NCBI GenBank assembly: GCA_050084515.1
Contig: CM114271.1
Span: forward strand, 32,364,001 to 32,428,000
Length of the DNA: 64,000 nucleotides
Reading direction: 5' to 3'
Source of the DNA: Blasia pusilla
Taxonomy: Eukaryota
The notes under the pieces are model-generated. The model saw only the letters and a list, made by a program, of their open reading frames with translations, had not been told where the DNA came from and searched no databases. This document shows positions 52,091 through 64,000 of the stretch, one piece after another. The translations under genes and the position numbers were made by a program. Numbering within the stretch: position 1 is the stretch's first letter; each line of letters begins with the position of its first letter.

Positions 52091-55000
52091 ATGCCTCCAC
52101 CCGCATCAGCCCCTCGCGTAGGGGCTCGTGGATCCTCTAGCCGGGATACGAAATGCCATTGTTGTCCCGAATTCTTCACTCGTTCAGAAATTCGAAACCA
52201 TTTAGCGGCTAAACATCCTGACTTTGGTAGATTCGGATGGGTGGTTCCTCCAATCGATCATGGATGCTCACCGGTGCTTCATGCATCATCGCCCCCTCCC
52301 GAGGCATAGGAGTGGTTGAGGTCCCACCTTGGTAGCATCACGGGTCTCTTTGAGACCCGTTTTCCCTGCCCGAGGTTGTTTCATAGGATCCCCCATGCTA
52401 TTCGGGATGAGCTTTTCCAATCTTTCATCCTTCCCTTATCTAGGATCGCACTTGATCCTATAGATGAGCTCTCGTGGTATCTACTACTTCTCCTTCCACG
52501 ATGGTCTCTTCGCTATACCCGAGGAGGGAAGGTTGGCCAAAGAGAGGTTGTGGCTCTATTGCGGCGCTTCCGAGGAGGTGATTGGGAGTCTCTGCAGAGC
52601 GAGTTCGTGGCATATGCAAGAGGTAGCACTCCACGTGGTTTCCCAGCAGACGATCTTGTAGCTGCCAGATTGCGAAGATGTAGGAGACTTGGGCGAGCCA
52701 GGGAGTACGGGCGAGCCGGGGAGTACTCGCAAGCGGCTCGTGCGCTCCGCCCCATGGATATGGCTCCTCCTTCCACTGTTACCATCGACGCCCTCCGGAG
52801 GCTACGCCCTCGTCCAGTGGTTGACATCCCAGAATTTGTACGTGACTACCATCCTGACACGACCTTATGCCTAGACCCGTCCCTCTTTGCACGAGCACTC
52901 GGGCATTCCCCTAGGATAGCAGCTGGAGGGTTGTCCGGTATGATGTACGAACACCTTCGTGATTGCTTTCCCTCCGAGGACTCTGCTAGCGGCTTTTCCG
53001 AGTTGCTTCAGGTTGCCTCTCACCTAGCTAAGGGGAGAGTGCCAACAGCAGTAGCCCAGGTATTGGGGGCGGGGAAACTTTTGGCGTTATCGAAGGAGGG
53101 TGGAGGGATCCATCCGATTGCCATAGGGGAGGTGCTCTTGCAATTGGTGAGTCGCACTATCGCTTTGCAGTTCCGTGAGGCTTTCCAGTCACATCTGAGT
53201 CCGCACCAATTCGGAGTTGCCACGCCAGCCGGTTGTGAGGCTGTAGCCTTAGGTTTGAGGGCTTGTTTAGATATACATCCCGAGTGGGTGGTTCTCCAAG
53301 TTGATGTGGAGAACGCCTTTAACTCAGTGTCTCGGGCAGCTATCTTCACGGAGCTTAGAGATGCAGGGGGTCCCATAGCGAGCCTGATTCCCTTCGTGCA
53401 TGCTTTTTATGGGGCCCCCTTGGCTCTCTATTTTCACCACGGTAGGTTCGAGGAGGAGGTCACGGTCTTGGAGTCTGCTACCGGGACGCGTCAGGGTGAT
53501 CCCTTGGGTGGTGCATTGTTTGCTTTGGCTCATTATCGAGCGGTTCTTTCTACCGTGGAGGCTTTCCCGGGTTGCATTTTCCCTTTGTTGGCAAATGACA
53601 CTCACATTGTCGGCCCTGGAGACTTGGTTGTTCCTGCATTTCAGCACAATTGGCACACGTCGGCCTCGCGGTGAAGGTGGGAAAGTGCAAGGCTTGGTCT
53701 TCATTAGGCTTGTCAGCGGATATTCATTTACCCGACGGTTTTTTGACACTGCTGGAGGGTTTTGCATCTTGGGAGTCCCTCTCGGGAGCAAGGACTTTGT
53801 ATCGAGTTTTGTGGTGGCGGCTCTTACCAAGGATCTTCTTCATGTCGACGATCTCACGAGGATTGATGACCCTCAAGTAGCTTATGGAATCCTCTCGTCA
53901 TGTTTTGCCCGTAGACCTAGTTATCTGTGTAGAACCGTGTGGGCAACTAGCCATATTTCTTCCTTATATAGATCCTTTGATAGAAACATTATGCAAGCGT
54001 TGGGGGATCTTCTAGGACCCGGCTCATTAGAGTGCCCCGCGGGGGAGTTAGCTCGTAGACAGGCTTCTTGGCCGATTGCCTTTGGTGGAGTAGGGCTCAA
54101 AGCGACTGAGTTAGTGGCGTCTTCAGCCTTTTTAGGGAGTTGGGCCACTGTAGCACCCCTCCTTTGCTCCCGATTTTTGGTTAGGGATAGACCGCTACTT
54201 TTACAATACGTTTCCCAAGTTGAGGATGGTCTTTTCCCACTTCAGTCTTCACTCACAGCTTGTAGAGACTCCCTTCTTGTTGAGGCTAGAGCAGTTCTTC
54301 CCGCTTTCTCTTCCCTAGTTACCTCCAGACAGTCTGGGCTCCAATCTTCTTGGATGGAAGCCCACTTTGATGCATTGTTTAGAGCTACTATGTCGGACAG
54401 GAATATCCCCATGGAGGTTCGGGCCCATATTCGCTCTTGCTCCGAAAAGGGGGCAGGCTCATGGGTGGGGGCTCATCCCCTCATCCCGGCTTTCCTCATC
54501 GCACCACTTACCTACACTACAGCGATGAGGTTCCGACTCGGCCTGCCCCAACCAACGGTGGTTGGTTCGACACATTGCGCGTGTCGCCGGAGTCTGGATC
54601 CACTTGGTCTGCATTTGGCACGGTGTCCAGTTGGGGGTGAGAGGATAGCCACTCACGATGCAGTGCGGGATATTATGTTCTCTATTGCTCGGGAGAGTGG
54701 ATTCCATATACAAAGAGAGAGGCACTACTCCATGCGGGATTCCCTTATCGGTGCTGATCTCTACTTGACGAGGGAGTCTGAGGTGGTGGTAGCAGATGTT
54801 GTAGTGACGGATCCTACGCGGGAGGCGGTGCGTGCCCAAGTGGTAGCACAAGGGAGATTGCTACAAGGAGCGGCGGCGGCGGCGGTCAAGAAGACCCACA
54901 TTTATAGTCGACTTCATGACGGACATCGATTTATCCCCCTAGCCATTGAGATGTACGGGGCGATGGGGGAGAGGTTTGACTCATTCCTTACGGATTGCGC

Positions 55001-55348
55001 CCATCATCTCCAGTCGAGAAATGGGTTGTCCTTAGCCAGTGCCATATTTTATTGTAGGCAACGGGTCTCCATAGCTTTGCAGCGCGCCTAGGCAAATGGG
55101 CTTCTGCGGCGGGCTCAAGCGGTTGGAGACGCCAATGCTAGAGGCCCACTTAGTAGTAGTCATAGTTTTCTAGGTGTTGCTGATATTGTCTCTGCTGTTG
55201 GTGATTTTGGTCGTTAGGGGGGAAGGCCCCCTTCTTTCTCCTCGGGGCGGTTCCGGCCTCTTGAGGCCTATTTTGTGGATCTCCATGCCCTCTCTTTTGT
55301 ATCGTGATGGGTTTCCCATCCTTTTTCTACATATATATATTTTATTCA
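52091..55348 (+). mobile_element. CRE-clade non-LTR retrotransposon (Zn finger-RT-restriction-like endonuclease), mildly decayed
   Basis: C2H2 finger; IHPIAIGE, QFGVA, DVENAFNS, GTRQGDPLG, LANDT, ILGVPLG; CAC..HLARC, HDAVRD, AD..DV..K, FIPLAIEMYG; stops at 52307 and 55089, frameshift near 53645; AT-rich 3' tail; 5' UTR limit unknown. Confidence 0.88.
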
Positions 55349-56899
55349 TCTCCTTCGCTCTCATTGGACTACGGGAGAAGGAAACGACTTTGGACCAGGA
55401 AAAGCCCTATCATATCATTGCTCGCTCAAGTAGCGTAGTGTCGGAGCCAACACAACATAGTCAAGCCTACGGCTGAGCACTGGCACGTTGGAATACTTGT
55501 CACGATTGAGTATAGGCACGCTGGAATACTTGTCAAGATGCTACTGGCACTGTAATCAGGACGTTCAAAGCTAAGGTCACACCTCGCGCTTTTATCATCC
55601 AGCCAAAGAACGAGGACACGTGTAAGCATTCTGAAGTCTGGTGTCGAGGCTGTTCCAACCAAAGAAGGGAAACGAAGGTACGTAAATCTCTTCTTGTCCG
55701 CTACCCCACTCCTTTCACCACACTTCTGATGTTCAGTGGATGCGGCGGCGTGGTGAAGGATGGGATCGATTCCTGTGCGTAGGAGCAGGGAATGGTGACC
55801 GAGGAGAGCTCACGTGGGTTGACTGGCAGGCAGCCGCAGGTCCCTCGGCAGCTGCTACACTGCGAGTCGCTCGCTCAAAACGTGAAGGTGAGATTTGCTA
55901 TTCCGATGGCTCTTTGTGGGGGCATACAGAGAAAGAGAAATGGACTTGAATGTGCATCCGCTCGAATCTGGACGAAGTCAAGATGGTGGCCCGCTCGGCC
56001 TCCGATCGGATCGAGTCCTTCCGGTCGGCGCTCCGCGTGAAGTTTCGCGCCACAAAACTATGTTTGGGAACTCCGCGCAAGTTTGGAGCTGTGCGCTTTT
56101 GCAAATCACGTTCTCTCTCTGCTCTTTGTTTCTGGCGTGGGTGACCATGTTCATGGAAGAGGTCATGAGTCCAAGGGGCCGGTATCTACTGGAATAGAGT
56201 CCCCGGCGTAGGGGCGTGGATGACTCGGGACTCGCGCACTGTAGAGAGAACTGTCACGTGTACCTCGCGAGTGGAGGATTTGACCGAGTGGGTAATTTGA
56301 GACTGCCCCCGGATCGCTGTCACAAACGCAAGGCCTTTGTTGCTGGAAACTCAAGTCTCCTAATGTCCTTCGCATGAATTTCTAATCCCCAACAAGCGCA
56401 TTATGAAAGGAAACAAATCTGGTTCCCGGTAACAAGTCTCCTCGCCGAAAAAACAATCTTGTTCGCGGGAGCAAATATCCTCCACCAAAACCTGGAAGAC
56501 TAAGTAGACACTCCGTCTACTTAGTCCACGGTCGTCAAGCTATGACGGGTCCTACTCAATGTTGACTTTCTCGTCGCGGAAACCCAATAAATCACGTCAT
56601 TCATCCATTCTCTTTAGCACCGTCCATACATGCCCGTCCAACTAGGAAGCTGAGTCTCTGGTAGCGAAGTCGCGACAGGAAAGATCGAATAAGTATGCTC
56701 TCTCTTTGTGCATTCCTAGCGAGCTAACGTTGGGCTGGAAAATTGGATACAAGTGCCTTGTGTTTTGATAGTTGAGATTTTGCTGTCTGTGATCTCAATT
56801 ATATCAAGTTCGGGATACTCAGATTCGATTACCGGCGGATTAGAGCGACAAATCATCAGTTCATCCCATCCTTAAGAGGCCGTGTGAGTGCTTGGGAAG

Positions 56900-59800
56900 A
56901 TGGCGTCATGGGACTTTAAGGCAGAAGCTGCCAATGCCGAAAAACTGGTTGGGGTAGTGGGTATTTGGAGTGTGCTTGGAGAATGGTTGATTCGTAGGCT
57001 ACTGCAGAAGGGCTACAAAGTTCTGTCTGCTCTGCCCACAGCACCTGGTAAGCTAAACATTTCCCTGAGTGTAAAACCCCCTCTGAAACTTGTAAATTGG
57101 CTGAAACAGTTTCTTTGCAATTGTCCTTGCTTGGGTCCTTGTTTGGTTGCGTTCGATCCTGAGGTTGTTCGATTATCCATCAGTTTGTGGTTGGAAAGGG
57201 AGCCAAAGAATTAAGAAGAGCGAGAAGTAAAGGAGGAGAGTGATGGATCATTCAATGAGTCCCGCCGGTGGCAAACTGCAGATGACTATCCTTTCATCCT
57301 CGTGCATTGCGGTTGGCTGAGAGGAGTACCAATCAATGATTTGCGGGTTGGAGTCTGAGGGGAAATGCAGATTCGGAGGTTATGGGTGTGAGTTGATTTT
57401 CTCAATGCATGGGATTAGAATGAAGAGAATTGCGCAGGTGAAGAGAATCAGACAGGTTGACAATTGGTGGACGACACTGGCTAGTTCTGAAAGAGGTGCT
57501 AAATGACATGAGATTTCCGTAATCTTGCAGGGCAAGCAGCAGAGTTGATGGCGATAGAAGGAGCTGACGTGAATCTGGTATTGACGGAAGTGGATCTGCT
57601 CGACTATGCGAGCTTAACTCGCACCTTTAATGGCTGCGCCGCTATTTTCCTCACATCTCCTTCCGCTGATGCGCTTAATGGACTTTCTGAATACCCTGTA
57701 AGTCCTCCCCTCTCTTCCTCTTAGATTTTTTGTCTGCTAGAAACCGAGTTAAAATAGCTATAAGCTTCCATGCTTGTGGGTGCTACAGCTTGACACTTGC
57801 CTGTCACTGGATGTACCATGTTTTGGCGCTGGAATTACGGTCATTTCAGCTCCCATGACCCTCTGGGTTCTTTGTGGACGATAAGTCACTCGATTAATTG
57901 AAGTCTCTGCACACCTGATCAAAACTACACCTGACTCAGGTGCAATTTGGATCAGTTGGAGACGGTCGCAACCCAGGGAAGCAGTGTCCCCTGCGTAGAG
58001 CATGAATGACCCGTATTCGAGAGAGGAACTCGACGTGTGTATGATTTGACTATGCTTGCGCGCTAGGAACTTTGAGTAAATCTAGAGCCTTCATTGAATC
58101 TCCTCTATGGGAAGCGCAAGCAAATGGACTCAGAAACGTGGGGCGGGGCAGATATGGATAGATCCTGGGGACATATACGCTCATGTGCTCGATCGATGTT
58201 TGTATGATTTGACGATCCATCTAGCATGAGAACTTGGAGGAATTCCAGGGATTTCATTGGAGAAATAAATCTTCTCCTAGGAAATGGGCTTTACCGCTCG
58301 GATTTTCAGTTTACATGCCCGAGTCCTTCATTGTCACTCACACAGAAATACGTAATCGATCTTCACTCAAGCCAAATCTATCTCTACAAGGATGGAGTCC
58401 AGCGTCGCCATCGACCGCCGGGAAACAAAATTGCCCATTACCAAGGGTATGGACCCAATAAACGCCCATATGACTCCTACTTTGGCAGCTCGGAAGATCC
58501 AGGGAGAAACCCCCTTCATGGAGTCAGGCCCCGAACCCAGAGGACTAGAAATTATTTTAGTCTCTGCGCTCGCTTGGAGTGACAGAGATTCGCCCAATGG
58601 ACGTAAGGATTATATTAAATCATAGCAATTCCGTGATACCCATCCCGGTCTATAGGATCGCAAGGCTAAGGCAGGCACGCACTACTTATGTGTACTCCGT
58701 CCTCCGCCACCACCGCCTTCGCAGGAAGACATTCTCCACGGCCCCGGATTTTCTCAATCAGAGCTTCATGCAATGAGTCCGGTGTTTGCTCAGATAACCT
58801 TCTCGGGACTTGATTTTGGTAGGGAAGGGGTCTGATGTAAGCGTTGGGAGTGGCAATGGATGCAGGCTGAGATTATCGAATGCGCGGTGAGGAGCGCATT
58901 GAATGTGGTAGAGGCTTGTGCTAACACGCCATCGGTTAAGCGCTTGTTGCTCACCTCGTGCGCATCGACCATGGTATTTGATGGAAAACGGCAAACCTCT
59001 GAGGGCGGCAAGGTGGTAGACGAGAGGTGCTGGAGCGATTTGGACTTCTGCGGGAAGCACAAGGTGTGGACATGATTAGGATCTCAGATTAGGCTACGTG
59101 TTTGGTAATGGTAAACAAATTGGCATTCAATGAAGGCGCTGCAGTCGTGACTGTGTGACATGTGAATGCGAGCCTTCTGCTGCTGTTCTTTGAAATTTGT
59201 GTAGCTGAGAAGATCGTGGATTGCTGGCGACTGACGTTGGCTTTGTTGAAAATGAGGATAGTTGTGGGGAGCTGTCAGCAAAACATTGACAGAAAGAGCT
59301 GTATGGGCTTTGGCGAGGGACAGAGGAGTTGATCTCGTAGTGGTTAACCCAGCTACTGTTGTTGGCCCCTACGCTACAACTACGACCGTATCTCTGCTTG
59401 CTGATCTCAACGGTGAGAGCGATTCTCAGCTCCCCCGTCGATGAGAGCTTGGAAGAGTAAATCACGCCGAGCGAGTTGAGGATGAACATAAATTTGAATC
59501 CCAGCGGCATTTGAGTCGTAGCGAGAATTCTCAGAAGATAGTAGTGAACTTGTCTTACGGAGAGTCATTTCGTCATTGCAGTTTTCTCATAGCATCCATC
59601 CATATCTTACAATTCTCAACAAGGGAGTAGAGAAAGGAATTCTCATCATGAGTCCGTGGTGGGCTGTGTATCTGGACAGACAGGAAAGACAGTGTAGTGA
59701 TGGCGTATGTCCATGTCGATGATGTGGCGGATGCTCACATTCAGGCCTTCGAAAAACCAGAGGCATCTGGCCGTTTTCTGTGCTTCCACCGCATCTTCTC

Positions 59801-60081
59801 CAGGAAGGAGCTTCTTCAAAGAACTAATCAAAATCTTCCTACCAGGTAGCTTTTGCTCTAGACGATTCTTTTCATATCTGAATTACTTTAATGTCCACTG
59901 CGTCACCCGAAAAGCTCCATCTGCAAAATTCTCCGCGTTTGGAGTAGCCAGCACAGTCGAGGCAACAAGTCTTTGATCGCATTAACACTGGAGAAATTTG
60001 CGTCTGCTGCACAGGATTTTGGAATTGTGGAGCTCATTGTCTCTCTCAAATCAGAAGCTTCAAACCCTCAAAAGCGTCTGA
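56900..60081 (+). CDS. Cinnamoyl-CoA reductase-like protein, paralogue 2, 298 aa
   Basis: Exons 56900-57047, 57531-57697, 58866-59063, 59262-59412, 59680-59845, 60015-60081; GT-AG and in phase; same intron positions as paralogue 1. Confidence 0.9.
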
Positions 60082-60524
60082 AGAGTTAGTGTATCCTCCA
60101 TACGAACGTCCTCCAAGTTGCCTACAGAGACGGACATTGTAATCGAGTGTACAACGGAAGGAAGAGACTTAAGAATGGAAGAACGAAATTGAGCCTTCGA
60201 TTCAAAGCAAGTGCTGACGATTTACTAGGATTGTGAACAACCTGTTGAGGTCCAAATTTTGAGGTCACAGCACATCTCGTGCCTGAATCCCCAGAATGTA
60301 AAGAGAGTTCGTGAAAGTATCTATCTGAATCATGACGAAGTTCACATCTTTTCCCACTTTCTAGCTCCAAACTCGCTGAGGATTCATTAACTGTACCGAA
60401 ACTCTGGACTTTAGGAGGCGGTTTGAAAACTGCCATCTACGAGACAATGAGAGGAAGTGAACAGTGGTAGTCGACAATTAAAATTAAACATATATTATAA
60501 TAAATTTCCAAGATCATGGTATCC

Positions 60525-60597
60525 TCCGTTGTAGTCTAGATGGTTAGGATACTCGGCTTTCACCCGAGCGACCCGGGTTCGAGTCCCGGCAACGGAA
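60525..60597 (+). tRNA. tRNA-Glu (anticodon TTC)
   Basis: TCCGTTG/CAACGGA acceptor stem, CTCGG/CCGAG anticodon stem with TTC at 60559-60561, GGTTCGAGTCC T arm, T-run near 60628. Confidence 0.97.
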
Positions 60598-60627
60598 GCT
60601 CCCGAGTGACTTGAGACTGCTGAATTA

Positions 60628-60785
60628 TTTTGTCAATCCCCCCTGCCATATGTTCCTATATCTTTGTGTGTGGTTATCTTATTAAAACTGTTGCTCCCGA
60701 GCGTAATCAGACTACGAAAACATTTTGTCAATCCCATCTGCCATCTGTTCCATTATTTATGTGTGTGGTAATTTTATTAAAACTG
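60628..60785. repeat. Imperfect ~62-bp direct repeat (2 copies) downstream of the tRNA
   Basis: TTTTGTCAATCCC...GTGTGTGGT..T.TTATTAAAACTG at ~60628 and ~60723; partial third copy near 62938. Confidence 0.7.
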
Positions 60786-61949
60786 CATACTTCTAACTAG
60801 TAAGAATGCATTGAGAATAACAGGAAGATAATTGCAAATATTCATCTTCATTTCCGCCCTCACAAGTGTCTATTAAAATTTTATTTTTTAATAATAGCCC
60901 ACTTTTATAGGGAAAAATTTGTTTAATATCATTAAATTTGAATAAAAGGTGAAAGGCAGTAGTACGATACACGCGTCAAGCCTGTGAAACGGTAGTGTGG
61001 AGAGAATTTCCGAGTTCGATTTGAGTGTCAGTGGAAGAGGTGGAAGAGATGGGGCGGGTGATTCTGGTGGGGGAAAGGGAGATGAAAGGGATATGGAGGT
61101 GCGTCGGGGTTGGGTGCTTGATGTGAGAGTATTTTTGGATCGTGCGGTTTATTTCCGTGAATTTCGTGGCGGCGGAAGAAGGTAGAGTTTTGTGGGTTGA
61201 GGCTTCTTTGGAGTGTGGGAGTGCGGAAGGCTCAAGAGATGATTGATTTGGTTGTAAGAAATTTGGGATGTATGGGGGTGGGAATGGGAGGAGCTGGGAG
61301 TGGCGGGGAGTGGATGTCTGAATGTGTTTGGGGTCGTTGTGTGTTGTAGTGGTGGACATGGAGTCGTGATTCTATCGGCGGGTGAGGATCGTTGCAGTCC
61401 CTCGCCTGCGATTGGGTGTTGGGAGTTCTGTCAGTGAGAATAGGGTGCAGACCTACATGAGCATGTCTTTAGGGATTGCATCTCTACTCCTGAGATTCAG
61501 GTTTGTTTGTGTGGGACTTCCATCAGCAGTTTTGGTGTTTGATGGAGTTTCCCAATCTCGAGATTTAGATGTTTGTTTGGCGCCTCTATAAGTATTTTTG
61601 GTGTGTTATACATTGCGGTTTTTGTGTGGCATCTCGATCATCAACTGTGGTGTCTCGTGGATTGCTCTTTCTCTTCTTCATGATTGAGGCTTCTTCGCCG
61701 GAGGTCAATTGCTTAATTGAGCTCCCAATTCGACTTGGGGGTTCCAATCAGATGTACTGATGAGCCCACTTTGAGGAATCTGATGGCCGCCGAACGGTCA
61801 TCTGTGCAGATATGAGGAAGGTTTTGAGATGACATGAACTGAAGACTTAGGAGGATCAAGACTTGAAATCTGGACAATGAATCATGGAGCAGAGTAGAGA
61901 GCTCAGTAAATGGGGGTGAAGTGATTTCAGCTCAGGAAAATTGGACCTT

Positions 61950-62262
61950 CCTATTGTGCTTGAGGGCTTGGGAGTACAGAAGCACAGCTATGGGGTTGGA
62001 CTTTGAAGCAAGAAAAAAAATAGTGTTGCGGGGTGCAGCTGATGGAGGCATGGATCCCATGGACAGCCTAGATCTCGAGAATAGGCTCGCCGCATTCTAT
62101 GACATTGCCTGCAAGGCTCTGCCTCCCTTGTGCACAGACCATGTTGGGCCTGTGGAGATTTTCCGAGCTCCCCAAAAGGGCCAAGGGCTCTTCTTGACCA
62201 AAGATGTTGGACCTGGAGAGCTCCTCCTAGTGTGCAATCCTCTAGCATTGATTCTCCCATAG
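61950..62262 (+). pseudogene. Fragment of SET-domain (TPR-SET/SMYD-like) lysine methyltransferase
   Basis: DHVGPVEIFRAPQKGQGLFLTKDVGPGELLLVCNPLA is a SET N-terminal motif; followed by a stop, rest absent. Confidence 0.65.
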
Positions 62263-63094
62263 AAATATGATCAGTATCGGACTGGAGCATTGAACAATAA
62301 GTTGACATCGCAATGGCGGAGGAGCCATTCGGTGGGTCTGGAGGATTTCGTTTTCTTTGGAGAATTTGAGAGAGGCATCTTCTTACGAGCTTTTCACTCT
62401 CACTAGCAGAAATTACCTTTGCACAGATTCTCCTTCCGATCGTTGCCTCGATCGTTGCCTGCGATTACAAATTTCTTGCCACACCCTCCTCCGCTGCCAC
62501 ACCCTCCTCCGATGGTAGGTGATGCACTTTCGCTGAAATTCTAGCATTTCCACTCACTCCACCGTCAGGATAGAGCATTCCATTCACTTCTGCCTCTCCC
62601 TTCTCCAAAGCAGAGAAGAGAAGTCCATTTATTTGCTCTCAAGAAGGCTCAAAGCCTAACAGATATTAGCCTTGAACACGTGGAGCAAGGATTGCCCCTC
62701 CATGAACACACGAAATGCCCCTCCATGAACGCACGAAATCAAATCAAATAATCAACCAAACCTTGGCACAACCTTAGAATAACGTCAGATTATTTTAAGG
62801 GTATCGGGTTTCACTTCTTATAGCCATCATGCCCTTTTTTTCCTTTTTTCCTTTCTAAACCATGTTATAGTAATAGTATATATATCTTGAAAGGGTTAAA
62901 GAGATGGTGGTTTTAGGTGTGTGTCGTCGCTTTATCTATGTGTGTCGTAATCTTATTAAAACTGGAGGTGGTGGTTTTAGGGTTAAGGACCTTGACACAA
63001 TTCTAATATCTTGAAAAGGTTAAAGAGATGTTATGTGATTGCAATTTGTCAAGGTCTTGTTACAGTGGTGGTTTTCTTCTTATGGATCATAAGA

Positions 63095-63275
63095 CCTACA
63101 CATAATTCCAATACCTTGAAAGGGTTACAAGAGATGTTACATGATTGCAATCCATATGTCAAGGACTTTGGTTATATGACATGCGAGGCAAGTGACCTTC
63201 ATATGCGGATCATCCTGAAAGCAAGAGAGGTCTAGATGCAAAGCTCTTTAACTTATCAAGTACTTTTGAAAATCG
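63095..63275 (+). mobile_element. Helitron Rep/helicase N-terminal fragment
   Basis: LKGLQEMLHDCNPYVKDF...DAKLFNL resembles the Helitron LQ.ML...NPY and D.R.YN.P motifs. Confidence 0.55.
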
Positions 63276-64000
63276 TTAATCGTCTAGGTCTTCTCTAATT
63301 CATTTGCACTATCATGAATGTAGAGTTCAGCAAATTGGGGATGACTTCCCATCTCACGATTAAGGGTCCAATCGAAAGATAGATGCTTTGAACCCTAAAG
63401 TGTCCAGTGCCACCAACGTGCTCATTTACATGCATCCAATAGATGCTAGCTGAAGTGCAAAATTTTACACTCTTGCATGAGTAAGAAAATGGAGACTTCT
63501 AGGATCAACACCTAAAATCAATGATTTCAAGGATGGGGGACATGCCTTCCAGAGGAACACAGTTATCTTCCCATGGTCACAACACATACCTTGTGGTGAG
63601 TCATGAGGCTTTGACCCTCTCTCTCCATTTTACATTTTCAATGTAGAGCACGACATGATGGACATGTTTTTGTCATGTCACCCAACGTATGACGACTAGT
63701 TGTAGGATTGAAACACTTTTGTAATCGGATCTTCCTTATATCGCTTTCTTTGAAATTTTGTCTCCTTGTAATATTGAGAGAGAAAAAAGTATCCTTATGA
63801 TTGTATCAATATAAGGCAAAGGGCGAAGTATAGAGGCATTTGGCATTGTGGCACGGTTTGGGGATAACATGCTTTTATGAACTGTTGAAGGAAAAGGATG
63901 CTCTCTAGAGGTTACTTCACTCCTAAGATAGCAAAGAGTCGATGCATTATTCATGATCACATATAGAGGGTCCAATAGTTCATCTTGAATAAGAGCAATG

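Noticed and set aside
60976-61359. Pro/Ser/Thr-rich ORF on the minus strand
   Set aside because: Compositional bias only; no recognisable domain.

Overview
Eukaryotic DNA, most likely from a non-seed land plant such as a bryophyte (inferred from the plant-type tRNA-Glu, GT-AG introns and CCR-like genes). The first ~35 kb and 44-55 kb are nested, mostly decayed transposons. The intact genes are two 6-exon cinnamoyl-CoA-reductase-like paralogues (37907-39807, 56900-60081) and a tRNA-Glu(TTC). Two unusual mobile systems stand out. (1) A Gypsy-like retroelement family (best copy 10638-19917, minus strand, 4-bp TSD) has a C5 cytosine methyltransferase between protease and RT and a PHD finger after a DDE integrase. 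It has split direct repeats (B...A-GC-B-A) instead of two LTRs and a Tf1-like self-priming site, the layout expected if a 2-LTR circle integrates through an internal palindromic att site. (2) That element is inserted into an ~11.5-kb DNA-transposon-like element (7349-28114) with >1.1-kb inverted arms, a GCM-like/SWIM gene and a divergent 3-exon gene. Once the insertion is removed, that gene reads as a ParB/Srx-like domain plus a beta-class N4C/N6A DNA methyltransferase. The element's non-coding parts hold ~40-45 copies of a 29-bp palindrome. Also present: a CRE-clade non-LTR retrotransposon, a SET-domain fragment and a Helitron fragment. All domain calls are by-eye motif recognition and need HMM confirmation.
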